The notes under the pieces are model-generated. The model was not told where the DNA came from, made no database searches, and saw nothing but the letters and a program-made list of their open reading frames with translations. Positions 17,521-25,905 of a DNA stretch of 40,511 nt are shown in pieces; positions within the stretch are counted from its first letter, which is position 1; each line of letters begins with the position of its first letter. The stretch lies in NCBI GenBank assembly GCA_036769645.1, contig DAIPKT010000001.1, positions 1-40,511 of the forward strand, read 5' to 3'. Source of the DNA: a bacterium (GTDB taxonomy: Bacteria; Patescibacteriota; Minisyncoccia; Minisyncoccales; DG-74-1). The position numbers and the translations under genes were made by a program.

Positions 17521-18242
17521 TTTTCTTTCTTTTTCAAATCGTTAAAACGATATTTAAAAATATCTTTTTTTATTGGCCCAAAGAAGAACATATAAATTCC
17601 GGCGAAAAGATATTTGAGATAAGTTTTTAGTCTGCCATCTTTTTCAAAACGCCGGGTCGAGGTTAAGATCGGCTTGGTTTTAATAAAACCGAATTTCCCA
17701 AATTTCCTCGCTGTTTTGACATAGAAATGGTCTTCAGCTATTTTTATTTCCTCATCGAATCCGCCAATTTTATGATGAATGTCTTTTCTAACCAAAATTG
17801 AATTGGTGGCATAGGCTGTGAATCTCTGAATTGATTGAACAAACCAATTATAAATTTTATAAGCAAATTTATCAAAGCTATTTCCATCAGGGTAGATCGG
17901 AAAAGAAGCTACATCTAATTTTCTTTTTTCAAATTCCTCTAAAAGATTCTTTAAAAAATTTTCTGGCAAATAAATATTATCGGCATCCATAAACAAGAAA
18001 ATATCACCTTTGGCTATTTTTGCCCCCTCATTCCTTCCTTTAGCTGGTAATCCGCCAGGAACAACTTTACAACCAAAACTTTTGGCAATCTCAACGGTTT
18101 TATCAATTGAACCGGCATCAGCAACAATTATTTCGTAATCATCAAAATTTTGCTTTTTAATTTCCTTAAGCAGTAAAGGAAGATATTTTTCCTCATTTAA
18201 AGTTGGAATGATAATGCTTAACATTTTTGAACTTAGCGCCAA
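17517..18242 (-). CDS. Family 2 glycosyltransferase
   Basis: 'LSIIIPTLNEEKYL', 'ADAGSIDKT' and 'FMDADN' (DxD). Convergent with trpS; their stop codons share one TTAA. Confidence 0.85.
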   Translation of the reverse strand: MALSSKMLSIIIPTLNEEKYLPLLLKEIKKQNFDDYEIIVADAGSIDKTVEIAKSFGCKVVPGGLPAKGRNEGAKIAKGDIFLFMDADNIYLPENFLKNLLEEFEKRKLDVASFPIYPDGNSFDKFAYKIYNWFVQSIQRFTAYATNSILVRKDIHHKIGGFDEEIKIAEDHFYVKTARKFGKFGFIKTKPILTSTRRFEKDGRLKTYLKYLFAGIYMFFFGPIKKDIFKYRFNDLKKKEN

Positions 18243-18271
18243 TATCTAATATTTTTTATCGTATTTTTAGC

Positions 18272-19282
18272 TCAGAACAATTTTTTAGCCTCCTGCCAAA
18301 TCTCTGGATTGTTTTGTTTCACCTTGAGCCAATACCACCATTCAGCGCCCCAGAGATAAAATTCATCCAGACCGGTTTTTTTGGCAAATTCAATATTATC
18401 TTTAAATCTTTCCAAATTCATAGTCTTTTCTTGTTCCTCTAGTGGTGATTCATTAAGGAGTTTTGGTCCCCAGGGTTCAGCCTGGAGTTCAACCACAATC
18501 ACCTTTTTATTAAATATTTTTTCAATGTATTCTGCTTTCCTCCAATAGAAAATCGGCGGCAAAGGGTAATAAACATAAATTCCGAGTTGCCTAAACCAGA
18601 CTTTCTTATACATGGTTACCCCAACCATATCACCAAGTTGGGCAGCCCTAATCCAGAGAGAACCTTCCCCACTCTCAGAAATAAGAATTGGTCTATTTTG
18701 GAAGTCTAAAGATTTTACCAAATTTACCTCTCTTTTTAAAAAATCTTTATCAACCCAGGGGCACTCCCCGAAAGGAAAAAATGGTTCATTTTCCACTTGC
18801 CAGGCCCAGATTGAGGGCCGTTCCCTATATCTTAAAACTATCTTTTCTAATAATTCTAAAATTTCTTTTTGCTGTTCCTCTTTAGCCAAATTTTTTGCCC
18901 AATTGGGAATATGACATTCTGGCCAACGAGGGGTTTTCATTCCAATTGCCAAAAGGATTTTTCCTCCTTTTTCTTCAGCTTCTTTTATTTGCCAATCTAA
19001 ATCTTCGAAATGGTAACTTCCTTCTTCTGGTTCAATCTGATCCCAGTGAGTAATTAACTTTATATTTCTTACTTTCAAATCATCTAATAAAGCTAAATAG
19101 GTTTCTCGCCAATCAAGTCCCAAAAGTTCAGCCTGCTTTTGTGAGAAATTCACTCCCCAGCTAATTTCTTCTGCCCGAGGAGGCTTCCCTATAAAAAGAT
19201 AACAACAAAAAAGAAAAATGAGTATTCCAAAGGAGATTAAAATCGGTATTAAAATTTTTTTCATCTCATTAGAAATTGTCAT
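18272..19282 (-). CDS. Membrane-anchored clan GH-A (TIM-barrel) glycoside hydrolase, GH42/GH5-like
   Basis: N-terminal TM helix. 'HWDQIEPEEGSYHFEDLDWQI' and a 'WQVENEP' acid/base motif. Confidence 0.6.
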   Translation of the reverse strand: MTISNEMKKILIPILISFGILIFLFCCYLFIGKPPRAEEISWGVNFSQKQAELLGLDWRETYLALLDDLKVRNIKLITHWDQIEPEEGSYHFEDLDWQIKEAEEKGGKILLAIGMKTPRWPECHIPNWAKNLAKEEQQKEILELLEKIVLRYRERPSIWAWQVENEPFFPFGECPWVDKDFLKREVNLVKSLDFQNRPILISESGEGSLWIRAAQLGDMVGVTMYKKVWFRQLGIYVYYPLPPIFYWRKAEYIEKIFNKKVIVVELQAEPWGPKLLNESPLEEQEKTMNLERFKDNIEFAKKTGLDEFYLWGAEWWYWLKVKQNNPEIWQEAKKLF

Positions 19283-20403
19283 GATTTTATCCCGATAGAA
19301 ATTAGAAGATAAATAAAATTTCTAACGGGCTCATAAACAGACTGAAGCTTAAAACTCGTTAAATAGAAAATTAAAAATCCGATTAAAGTTAAAAAAATTG
19401 CTCCAAAAATACAAGCCAAATAACCAAAATATTGGCTTAGTATCCCTCCAGATATTGGTCCTAAGATAGCTGCCAAAGATAAAGTTGATTTTAAAAGACC
19501 AGTTGCGCTGGCTTTTTCAATGTTCTTTTCCAAAACTAACTTTAAAGAACCAACATAAAGCAAACTCCAAGAAAAAGCTAAAAGAATTTGAGTTGGTAAA
19601 AACTGAAGGGGATTTGAAGCTAAGGTGAAAGAATAGAAAGTAATTGCTGAAAGGATGAAACCGGAAATTACTAAATTCTTACTCTTTAAATTATCTAATC
19701 TTGGCATTATCAAAAACTGAAAAAAAGAATTTGTGAAATAAATAATTCCAATCCAAAATTTTGAAATTCCAAAAGAAGCTAAATAAAGAGGGAAAATTGT
19801 CCAAATCATATGAGCTCCAGAGTGTCGAAGAAAAAAAGACAAATAAACCGGGAAGCTATTTTTTATTATCTTTAAAGGAAAAAGAGGAACCCGAAGAGAA
19901 ACCTTTGGGATTTCCATTTTTAAAGCAAAAATAAAAGCCAAAATAAAAAACAAAGAGCCTAAAGAAAATATCTTCCAAGAAATAGCTAAAATTCCAGCTA
20001 AAAACTGGCCTACCGCCCAACCTAAACTGCCAAAAGAACTAAATTTACCAATTTTTTTATTCAGATCATAAATATAGGCAATCAAAGCGGCTGGAAAAAT
20101 TCCGATACAAAATCCAACTAAGACTCGGGCCAAAAGTAATTGAAATGGAGTCTGGGCCAAAGCCTGTAAGGGAAAGGAAATAATTGAGGCCAAAAGCCCA
20201 AAAATTAAAAAATTTTTTCTCCCGTGAATATCAGAAAGTCGGCCAAAAATATAAAAAGAGAGAAACATCGCTAAACCATAAAAAGCACCGATTAAACCAA
20301 TCTCAAAATCAGTAGCTTTTAACTCTTTAGCAAAAATTGGGATAAACAAAAGTGAAGAAGCGATTGCCGACTCAGTTAAAAAATTAATGATATTAGCTCG
20401 CAT
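19279..20403 (-). CDS. MFS transporter
   Basis: About 12 TM helices. MFS loop motif 'GRLSDIHGRK'. Confidence 0.8.
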   Translation of the reverse strand: MRANIINFLTESAIASSLLFIPIFAKELKATDFEIGLIGAFYGLAMFLSFYIFGRLSDIHGRKNFLIFGLLASIISFPLQALAQTPFQLLLARVLVGFCIGIFPAALIAYIYDLNKKIGKFSSFGSLGWAVGQFLAGILAISWKIFSLGSLFFILAFIFALKMEIPKVSLRVPLFPLKIIKNSFPVYLSFFLRHSGAHMIWTIFPLYLASFGISKFWIGIIYFTNSFFQFLIMPRLDNLKSKNLVISGFILSAITFYSFTLASNPLQFLPTQILLAFSWSLLYVGSLKLVLEKNIEKASATGLLKSTLSLAAILGPISGGILSQYFGYLACIFGAIFLTLIGFLIFYLTSFKLQSVYEPVRNFIYLLISIGIKS

Positions 20404-20412
20404 TTTTAAAAT

Positions 20413-20661
20413 TTAGCTAAAATTGCTAAACCAGCTCCAATTAATAAAAAGTAAAACAGTGAAAATCAACAAAAAAGATGGTCCCTCCTAATAAAATCCA
20501 AAAAGCCAAAGGAAATCAAAGAAACTGCCCAATTTTGTAAAAGCGCCAGCTGCTCCTGCCTAATTTAGGATTAAAATTCCCAAGTTTTTTATTTTCAGAC
20601 TTTCTCTTTTCTTAAAAATTTCTTCGCCCACTTTTTGAGTGAAAAGAAAGACTATTGCCAT
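20413..20661 (-). pseudogene. 82-codon small membrane-protein frame interrupted by two in-frame TAG codons (codons 34 and 58)
   Basis: Hand translation: MAIVFLFTQKVGEEIFKKRESLKIKNLGILILN*AGAAGAFTKLGSFFDFLWLFGFY*EGPSFLLIFTVLLFINWSWFSNFS(TAA). No TAA or TGA occurs in this frame, despite the AT-rich sequence. Confidence 0.35.
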
Positions 20662-20707
20662 CAAAAAGGTTCCAATTCTTGTCTAAATGAAGCCGTTGAT
20701 AATACGA

Positions 20708-22009
20708 TTAACCAAAGCATATTTTTTGAATATTAAAGATTCCTAATTTTTCTCCTTCAATAAATCCTTCCATAGCCATTTTAGCTAAATATCCTTTTTC
20801 CAACCAGTCAAAAAGCCATTGATTGGTGTAATTTGGATTTCCTTGCAAAGCTCCAAATCCTGATTTCAAAAGCCATCTCTTATTAAATTCCTCTTGGGAA
20901 CCAATGGGCGGAGAAATAATAATGGGTATTCCTAAAGCAGAATAAAAAGAGAGTTCTGATGGTTTCGTCCATAAAATATCGGTTTTTCTTAAAAGAGAAT
21001 TAAATTTTTGAAAGTAATTTTCGATATCCCTTTCAAATATGATTTTGATGTTTTCTCCTAAATATTCCATTAAACCCAGTCTTTTAAGATTTTTCCCAAA
21101 ATATTCTTTAACTCTTTCTCTAACCCCGGCTGATAAAATTATTTTGATTTGGCCTTTTTTAATTTTTTCGGCTAAGCTCTTTAAAATTTTAATTCCGATT
21201 TCTTTTTGGGCTCCGGCGCCACCAACCGAAAACATTAGGGTTAAGGGATGATCAGATTTTTCAGGTAAAGAACCCAAATTTTCTTCAATCAAAACTTTAT
21301 ATTTGTGAAAATATCTTCTTTTGGGATCTAAATTTAAAATTCGATATCCTAAATCTTCTTTTAAAATCTCCATTTTTTCTGAACCAATGTTTTCCAAGGG
21401 CAAAGGGTAACCAGTCAAAAAAATATTTTCTTTTTTTACCCCATAAAGTTTCAATCTTTCAACTACTCTTTCAGTTGGAGCCAAATATTTAATTTTACTT
21501 TTTTGAGAATTCAGTGGTGCCCAGGTTCTCGAAATATCGCTATCACAAACAACACAAAAAATTTCGCCAGGATAATTAAAAAATTCAGCCATGAAGGCTG
21601 GGATGAAAAAAGTACTAATAAAGGTTGAAGGTGTTACCTTCAGTTTTTCAATCAAATCCTTTCCCCAGCCCTTTTTGATTAAAGAAAAAATTTGTTTTAA
21701 AGCCAGATTGGGTTTTGATAAATCTCTTTTTGGATAAAAAGTTAAAATTTTTTGAAACTGGTCATAGATTAAAAAAGAGAGTTTACCCACTAAAGGAATC
21801 CTCGAAAAACGGGAAATAAATTCGTAAAATTTTCTTGTAGTCTCCCAGATTTTTTTATCTTTTTCTGGAATTCCCTGATAATCATTAGCATTAATAACTT
21901 TTCCTTCAGGAGCTAGATTTCTCAAAGGATAAGCAGTTCTCTGATGCCCATAACCCATATTGACTGAGATGACCCAGGTTTTTTGGTTCATAAATTTCCT
22001 CACCTTCAA
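20708..22009 (-). CDS. GT-B fold glycosyltransferase (MGDG synthase/UgtP/MurG-like)
   Basis: N-terminal 'NMGYGHQRTA', central 'SVGGAGAQ', and C-terminal 'KPSELSFYSALGIPIIISPPIGSQEEFN'. This follows the GT28-type pattern as I recall it. Confidence 0.5.
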   Translation of the reverse strand: MKVRKFMNQKTWVISVNMGYGHQRTAYPLRNLAPEGKVINANDYQGIPEKDKKIWETTRKFYEFISRFSRIPLVGKLSFLIYDQFQKILTFYPKRDLSKPNLALKQIFSLIKKGWGKDLIEKLKVTPSTFISTFFIPAFMAEFFNYPGEIFCVVCDSDISRTWAPLNSQKSKIKYLAPTERVVERLKLYGVKKENIFLTGYPLPLENIGSEKMEILKEDLGYRILNLDPKRRYFHKYKVLIEENLGSLPEKSDHPLTLMFSVGGAGAQKEIGIKILKSLAEKIKKGQIKIILSAGVRERVKEYFGKNLKRLGLMEYLGENIKIIFERDIENYFQKFNSLLRKTDILWTKPSELSFYSALGIPIIISPPIGSQEEFNKRWLLKSGFGALQGNPNYTNQWLFDWLEKGYLAKMAMEGFIEGEKLGIFNIQKICFG

Positions 22010-22035
22010 TTATATCAAATCCATTGGCTAGCTTA

Positions 22036-22073
22036 AACTGACGCCAAATTCTTGCCATGGCTTGAATTTAGCG
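22036..22073 (+). repeat. 38-nt direct repeat, copy 1 (contains imperfect hairpin and GCCATGGC palindrome)
   Basis: aactgacgccaaattcttgccatggcttgaatttagcg, compared with copy 2 at 22663..22700. There are 4 mismatches, all in two short patches. Confidence 0.85.
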
Positions 22074-22080
22074 CTATAAT
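22052..22080 (+). promoter_or_regulatory. Candidate sigma70-type promoter (TTGCCA-17 nt-TATAAT), embedded in repeat copy 1
   Basis: The -10 ends 6 nt before ATG 22087, which implies a leaderless or near-leaderless mRNA. Confidence 0.4.
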
Positions 22081-22086
22081 TGAGAT

Positions 22087-22668
22087 ATGGAATTGAAGAA
22101 ATATAAATATTATTTTGCTAAACCAAGGTCAGAAATTGTAAAAGATATTTTTTCTTGGATTGCAATTGCTGGAGCTATTTACATTGCAGCTAGCTCTCCA
22201 TATTTTATTAGAAACATTTTAAATAATTACAAGAAGCTGAATAAATATCCGAAAAAGAAAGTGAGGGATACTTTTTATAAATTAAGAAAACAAGGATTAA
22301 TCGAAATAAAAATGAAGGGGGGTCAAATTTATATTAGCCTAACAAAAGAAGGAAAAAGAAAAGCAGGAATGTTTCAAATTGATAAATTAGAAATAAAACG
22401 CCCGAAAAAATGGGATGGGAAATGGCGATTGGTTATTTTTGACATTTCCCAACTCAAAAAAATTTATCGTGAGGCCTTTCGAGGAAAATTAAAAGAGCTG
22501 GGATTTTATCAATTGCAAAAGAGTGTCTGGGTTCATCCCTTTGATTGCCAGGCAGAAATTGAATTATTAAGGAACTTTTTTGGTTTAACAGAAAAAGAAG
22601 TAAGATTGGTAGTAGCTGAAAATATCGGTGATGATAGAAAACTAAGAGAGAGATTCAAGCTCAACTGA
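22087..22668 (+). CDS. PaaX-like regulator (N-terminal TM segment, winged-helix, PaaX_C/Cas2-like fold)
   Basis: 'VRDTFYKLRKQGLIE' looks like a winged helix. 'WDGKWRLVIFDI....REAFRGKLKELGFYQLQKSVWVHP' matches the PaaX C-terminal pattern. Confidence 0.5.
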   Translation: MELKKYKYYFAKPRSEIVKDIFSWIAIAGAIYIAASSPYFIRNILNNYKKLNKYPKKKVRDTFYKLRKQGLIEIKMKGGQIYISLTKEGKRKAGMFQIDKLEIKRPKKWDGKWRLVIFDISQLKKIYREAFRGKLKELGFYQLQKSVWVHPFDCQAEIELLRNFFGLTEKEVRLVVAENIGDDRKLRERFKLN

Positions 22669-22700
22669 CGCTAAATTGATGCCATGGCTTGAATTTAGCG
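22663..22700 (+). repeat. 38-nt direct repeat, copy 2 (perfect 9-bp stem CGCTAAATT/AATTTAGCG, 14-nt loop)
   Basis: aactgacgctaaattgatgccatggcttgaatttagcg. It includes the TGA stop of the PaaX-like gene. Confidence 0.85.
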
Positions 22701-22726
22701 ACAGTAAGATGCTCAATAAAAGAATT

Positions 22727-24202
22727 TTAATATTGGAGGAATTTTAATTTTTGGCTTTTCTGTAATCGCCAGGTAATTAGACCCAAAATTAAATAGGAAA
22801 TGGCTAGCCAAATCCAGGAAATTTCTAAGGTTTTAAAGGCAAAGGGAATTTTTGAGGAAATATCCACTATTTTTATTACATAGGTTAATAAAAACCAAGT
22901 CGGCAAAGATAAAATCCAACCCAGGGGTTGCCAAATTGCTCCAAAAAAAGCAAAGAGAAAACCAAAAAGCATTATCAAATAGAGCCAAGGAACAATTAAG
23001 AGATTAGTAATTGGAGCGACAAAAGAAATATAGCCAAAATTATAGATTAAAATTGGCAGGGTAAAAATTTGAGCTGAGAAAGTCATTGCCAAAATATTTC
23101 TTAATTGAAAATCATTGGGAACTTTTTTAAACCATTCTTGAAAAATTGGCATCAGATAAATTATTCCCATCATGGCTAAAAAAGAGAGTTGAAAACCAAC
23201 ATCCAATTTTAAAAGCAAAGGATTTTGGGCTAACATTAGGGCAGCGGCAAAAAATATTGAATGAGAAGAGAGACTTAGCCTTCCCAAATACTGACCGAGA
23301 AGAAAAAGCCCACCCATAATTCCAGCTCGAATAGCCGAAGGCTGAAGACCGCTCAGGACAATAAATAAAACAATTAAAATTATTGAAAAATAAAAGGCCT
23401 GTTGTCGCCAAAAACCTAAACCAATCAAAATTGTCATTAAAATACTAGTCAAAATGGTAACATGAAGCCCGGAAATAGCGGTAATGTGTCTTACCCCGGC
23501 TCTATTTAAACTCTGTTTTAAATCCTCTGAGATCTGCTTTTTGTCTCCCAAAATCATGGCTGACAAAATTGAACTTTGAGGTGGAGAAAGATTTTGAGAT
23601 ATGCTTTGTCTTAATTTATTTTTAAAAGATAAAATTTTGGCATAAATTATTGAAGTTAAACTTTGATAATTCTCTCTTTCTAGGAGTTCAATTTTTGGCC
23701 AATAGATTACTGAATAAATCCCATCTTTGGCTAAATAGCCTGGGTAGTCAAAATCTCCCAGCTCTTTGGGACTTTCCAATTTCCCAGTAATTTTTAATTT
23801 ATCTCCATAGTGATATTCTGGATAACGATTAGTAGTGACTAAAACTTTTCCCTCTATTTTTTCTGGCCTGACTGTTAATTTTATATTCTTTTCTCTGATA
23901 TCTGGTTCTTTAATAATTTCTCCTATTAAAGTAATTTTTTGACTCAAATCATTATATTTTCTTAACTCATTATTTAAAACTTTAAATTCAGCTAATTGAT
24001 GGCGCCAAATTCCAACCACTAAAAATAAAATGGAAAATCCAATTACGACCAATTTTTTGGATTGCCAGAAAATAGAAATTGGTAAAATTCCAAAAACTAA
24101 AAATCCCAACAGATAAATTTGGGGAATTGTAATGATTGAACTTAAAAAAACTCCTCCAATAAAGGAAAGGCAGAGATAAAGGAGAATTTGTGAGGAGGTC
24201 AT
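22727..24202 (-). CDS. comEC: ComEC/Rec2 DNA-uptake channel (no metallo-beta-lactamase domain)
   Basis: DUF4131-like N-terminal region plus a Competence domain with 'AGVRHITAISGLHV'. Multiple TM helices. Confidence 0.85.
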   Translation of the reverse strand: MTSSQILLYLCLSFIGGVFLSSIITIPQIYLLGFLVFGILPISIFWQSKKLVVIGFSILFLVVGIWRHQLAEFKVLNNELRKYNDLSQKITLIGEIIKEPDIREKNIKLTVRPEKIEGKVLVTTNRYPEYHYGDKLKITGKLESPKELGDFDYPGYLAKDGIYSVIYWPKIELLERENYQSLTSIIYAKILSFKNKLRQSISQNLSPPQSSILSAMILGDKKQISEDLKQSLNRAGVRHITAISGLHVTILTSILMTILIGLGFWRQQAFYFSIILIVLFIVLSGLQPSAIRAGIMGGLFLLGQYLGRLSLSSHSIFFAAALMLAQNPLLLKLDVGFQLSFLAMMGIIYLMPIFQEWFKKVPNDFQLRNILAMTFSAQIFTLPILIYNFGYISFVAPITNLLIVPWLYLIMLFGFLFAFFGAIWQPLGWILSLPTWFLLTYVIKIVDISSKIPFAFKTLEISWIWLAISYLILGLITWRLQKSQKLKFLQY

Positions 24203-24264
24203 TAATAAATCTTAAGGAAAATTTAAATAATTTTCAAAATAAAAAGTTAAAATTCTATCTCAAT

Positions 24265-24293
24265 TTGACAAAATTTTTGGCTTATTTAATATT
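24265..24293 (+). promoter_or_regulatory. Candidate strong promoter (TTGACA-16/17 nt-TAATAT)
   Basis: Consensus -35 at 24265..24270. The -10-like hexamer lies at 24287..24293, about 20 nt upstream of a GAGGAGG Shine-Dalgarno. Confidence 0.5.
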
Positions 24294-24314
24294 TAAATTA
24301 GAGGAGGTGTTTAG

Positions 24315-24494
24315 ATGAGCGAAATGAGCAAAGAAATGCGGAAAGAGTTGAAGGATATTTATGAAATCCTTAACGAAATCTGCACACTTCTAATGGGTCT
24401 CCACAAGGTATTGGGATCCTATGAAAGAGGAAGATTTGGGAAACTGACTGAAAAAATCGAAGAAAAAATCAGGGCTCTTTCAAAAGAAAGTTAG
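24315..24494 (+). CDS. Unannotated 59-aa helical protein (below the ORF-track length cut-off)
   Basis: GAGGAGG lies 7 nt before the ATG. Sequence: MSEMSKEMRKELKDIYEILNEICTLLMGLHKVLGSYERGRFGKLTEKIEEKIRALSKES, TAG stop. It is followed immediately by an intrinsic terminator. Confidence 0.6.
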   Translation: MSEMSKEMRKELKDIYEILNEICTLLMGLHKVLGSYERGRFGKLTEKIEEKIRALSKES

Positions 24495-24527
24495 CCGAAA
24501 ATGTAAAATTCATTTTCGGCTTTTTTT
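24494..24527 (+). terminator. Rho-independent terminator
   Basis: 10-bp stem GCCGAAAATG/CATTTTCGGC, 7-nt loop, then T7. Confidence 0.75.
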
Positions 24528-24542
24528 ATTGCCCAAATATTA

Positions 24543-25238
24543 TTATCTTAACTGGCAAACATCAAAAAATGGGGAGATGGCTTTTTGAATTTCTAAAAGA
24601 TATTCTTGGGGATAGGGCTTTATTTTTTCAAATTTTGGGTCAAGGGTTTTTTCTGGTCGGAAATTCTGTAAATAATATTTTTTAGCTGGTGAAATCCAAC
24701 GAGCAATTTTTAAAATATCTTCTTTTCCTAAAATTGTGGGGACTAAGGTTGTTCTAAACTCATGCTCAATCTTGTTTTCCCGTAAAAGCTTGATACTTCT
24801 TTCAATATTTTTTAGATTTACTCTTTTTTTGCAGATTTTATTATATTTTTCCTTTGGAGCTTTAACATCCATAGCTATGTAATCAACTAATTTTTTATCA
24901 ATCAAATCCTTCAACATTTTTGGATTAGAACCATTAGTATCAAGCTTTACTAAAAAGCCCTCTTTTTTTATTTTTTTAATGAAATCTGGTAAATCCTTAT
25001 TAATTGTTGGTTCGCCTCCTGACAAAACAATGCCCTCTAATAAATTTTTTCTTTCTTTTAAAAAAGAAAAGAAATCTTCTTCTGAGATTTTAGGCTGATT
25101 TTTAGTTTTTTCAGGCAAGACCAACTCTGAATTGTAACAAAACCGACAATGAAAATTACAGCCACAAAGAAAAACTATGGCCGCCAAGTGGCCCGGATAA
25201 TCAATTAAAGTTAATTTTTGGAGCCCACCTATTTTCAT
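24543..25238 (-). CDS. nrdG: Anaerobic ribonucleoside-triphosphate reductase activating protein (radical SAM)
   Basis: 'CGCNFHCRFCYN' (CxxxCxxC), 'LSGGEPT', and NrdG size. Confidence 0.9.
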   Translation of the reverse strand: MKIGGLQKLTLIDYPGHLAAIVFLCGCNFHCRFCYNSELVLPEKTKNQPKISEEDFFSFLKERKNLLEGIVLSGGEPTINKDLPDFIKKIKKEGFLVKLDTNGSNPKMLKDLIDKKLVDYIAMDVKAPKEKYNKICKKRVNLKNIERSIKLLRENKIEHEFRTTLVPTILGKEDILKIARWISPAKKYYLQNFRPEKTLDPKFEKIKPYPQEYLLEIQKAISPFFDVCQLR

Positions 25239-25905
25239 AATAATTTTCCATCAACCATTTTTAAAATTTTTTGGGCAATTCGGGCAATTTTTTCATCATG
25301 GGTGACAAGCAAGATGGCAACCTTTTCTTCTAAATTTATTTTTTTAAAAGCTCAGAAATTTCCATCTTTGATTTTAAATCCAAATTTCCGGTTGGCTCAT
25401 CAGCTAATAAAATCTTTGACTGATTGGCCAAACTTCTGGCAATTGCCACCCTTTGACATTCCCCGGCTGATAATTGTCTTGAATAATGAAATAATCTTTG
25501 TGATAAACCAAAAAAAGCTAATAATTCTCTTGTTCTCTTTTCTCGAAAATTTTTTGGAAAGCCAGCCAGAACCATTGGAAAGATGACATTTTCTAAGGAA
25601 TTTAAATTTGGCAATAAATTATAAGTCTGGAAAATAAAGCCAATTTTTCTTAACCTCAGTAAATTTAAATCCCTTTCCCTGAACTTTGAAGTATCTTTTT
25701 CTTCAAAGAAAATTTTTCCCTTTGTTGGCAAATCAATTAAGCCAATAAGATTTAGCAAAGTTGTCTTTCCTGAACCAGAAGGTCCCATAATGGCTAAGAA
25801 TTCTTTTTCATCTATTTTTAAATTCAAATTATCAACTGCCTTGATTTCTTGATCCCCCATTTTGAAAATCCTTAATAAATTTTCGGTTCTAACTACCTCA
25901 TTCAT
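25235..25905 (-). CDS. MacB/LolD-type ABC transporter ATP-binding protein, reading frame broken at an A7 run
   Basis: Walker A 'GPSGSGKTT', signature 'LSAGECQR', Walker B 'LLADEPT'. The 0 frame stops at 25336 (..ELLKK*). The -1 frame continues 'INLEEKVAILLVTHDEKIARIAQKILKMVDGKLL*' and ends in an ATGA overlap with nrdG. Confidence 0.8.

Noticed and set aside
22036-22700. Integron attC sites flanking a gene cassette
   Set aside because: There is no GTTRRRY-type core site, no integrase nearby, and only one bracketed gene. It is kept as a generic repeat finding instead.
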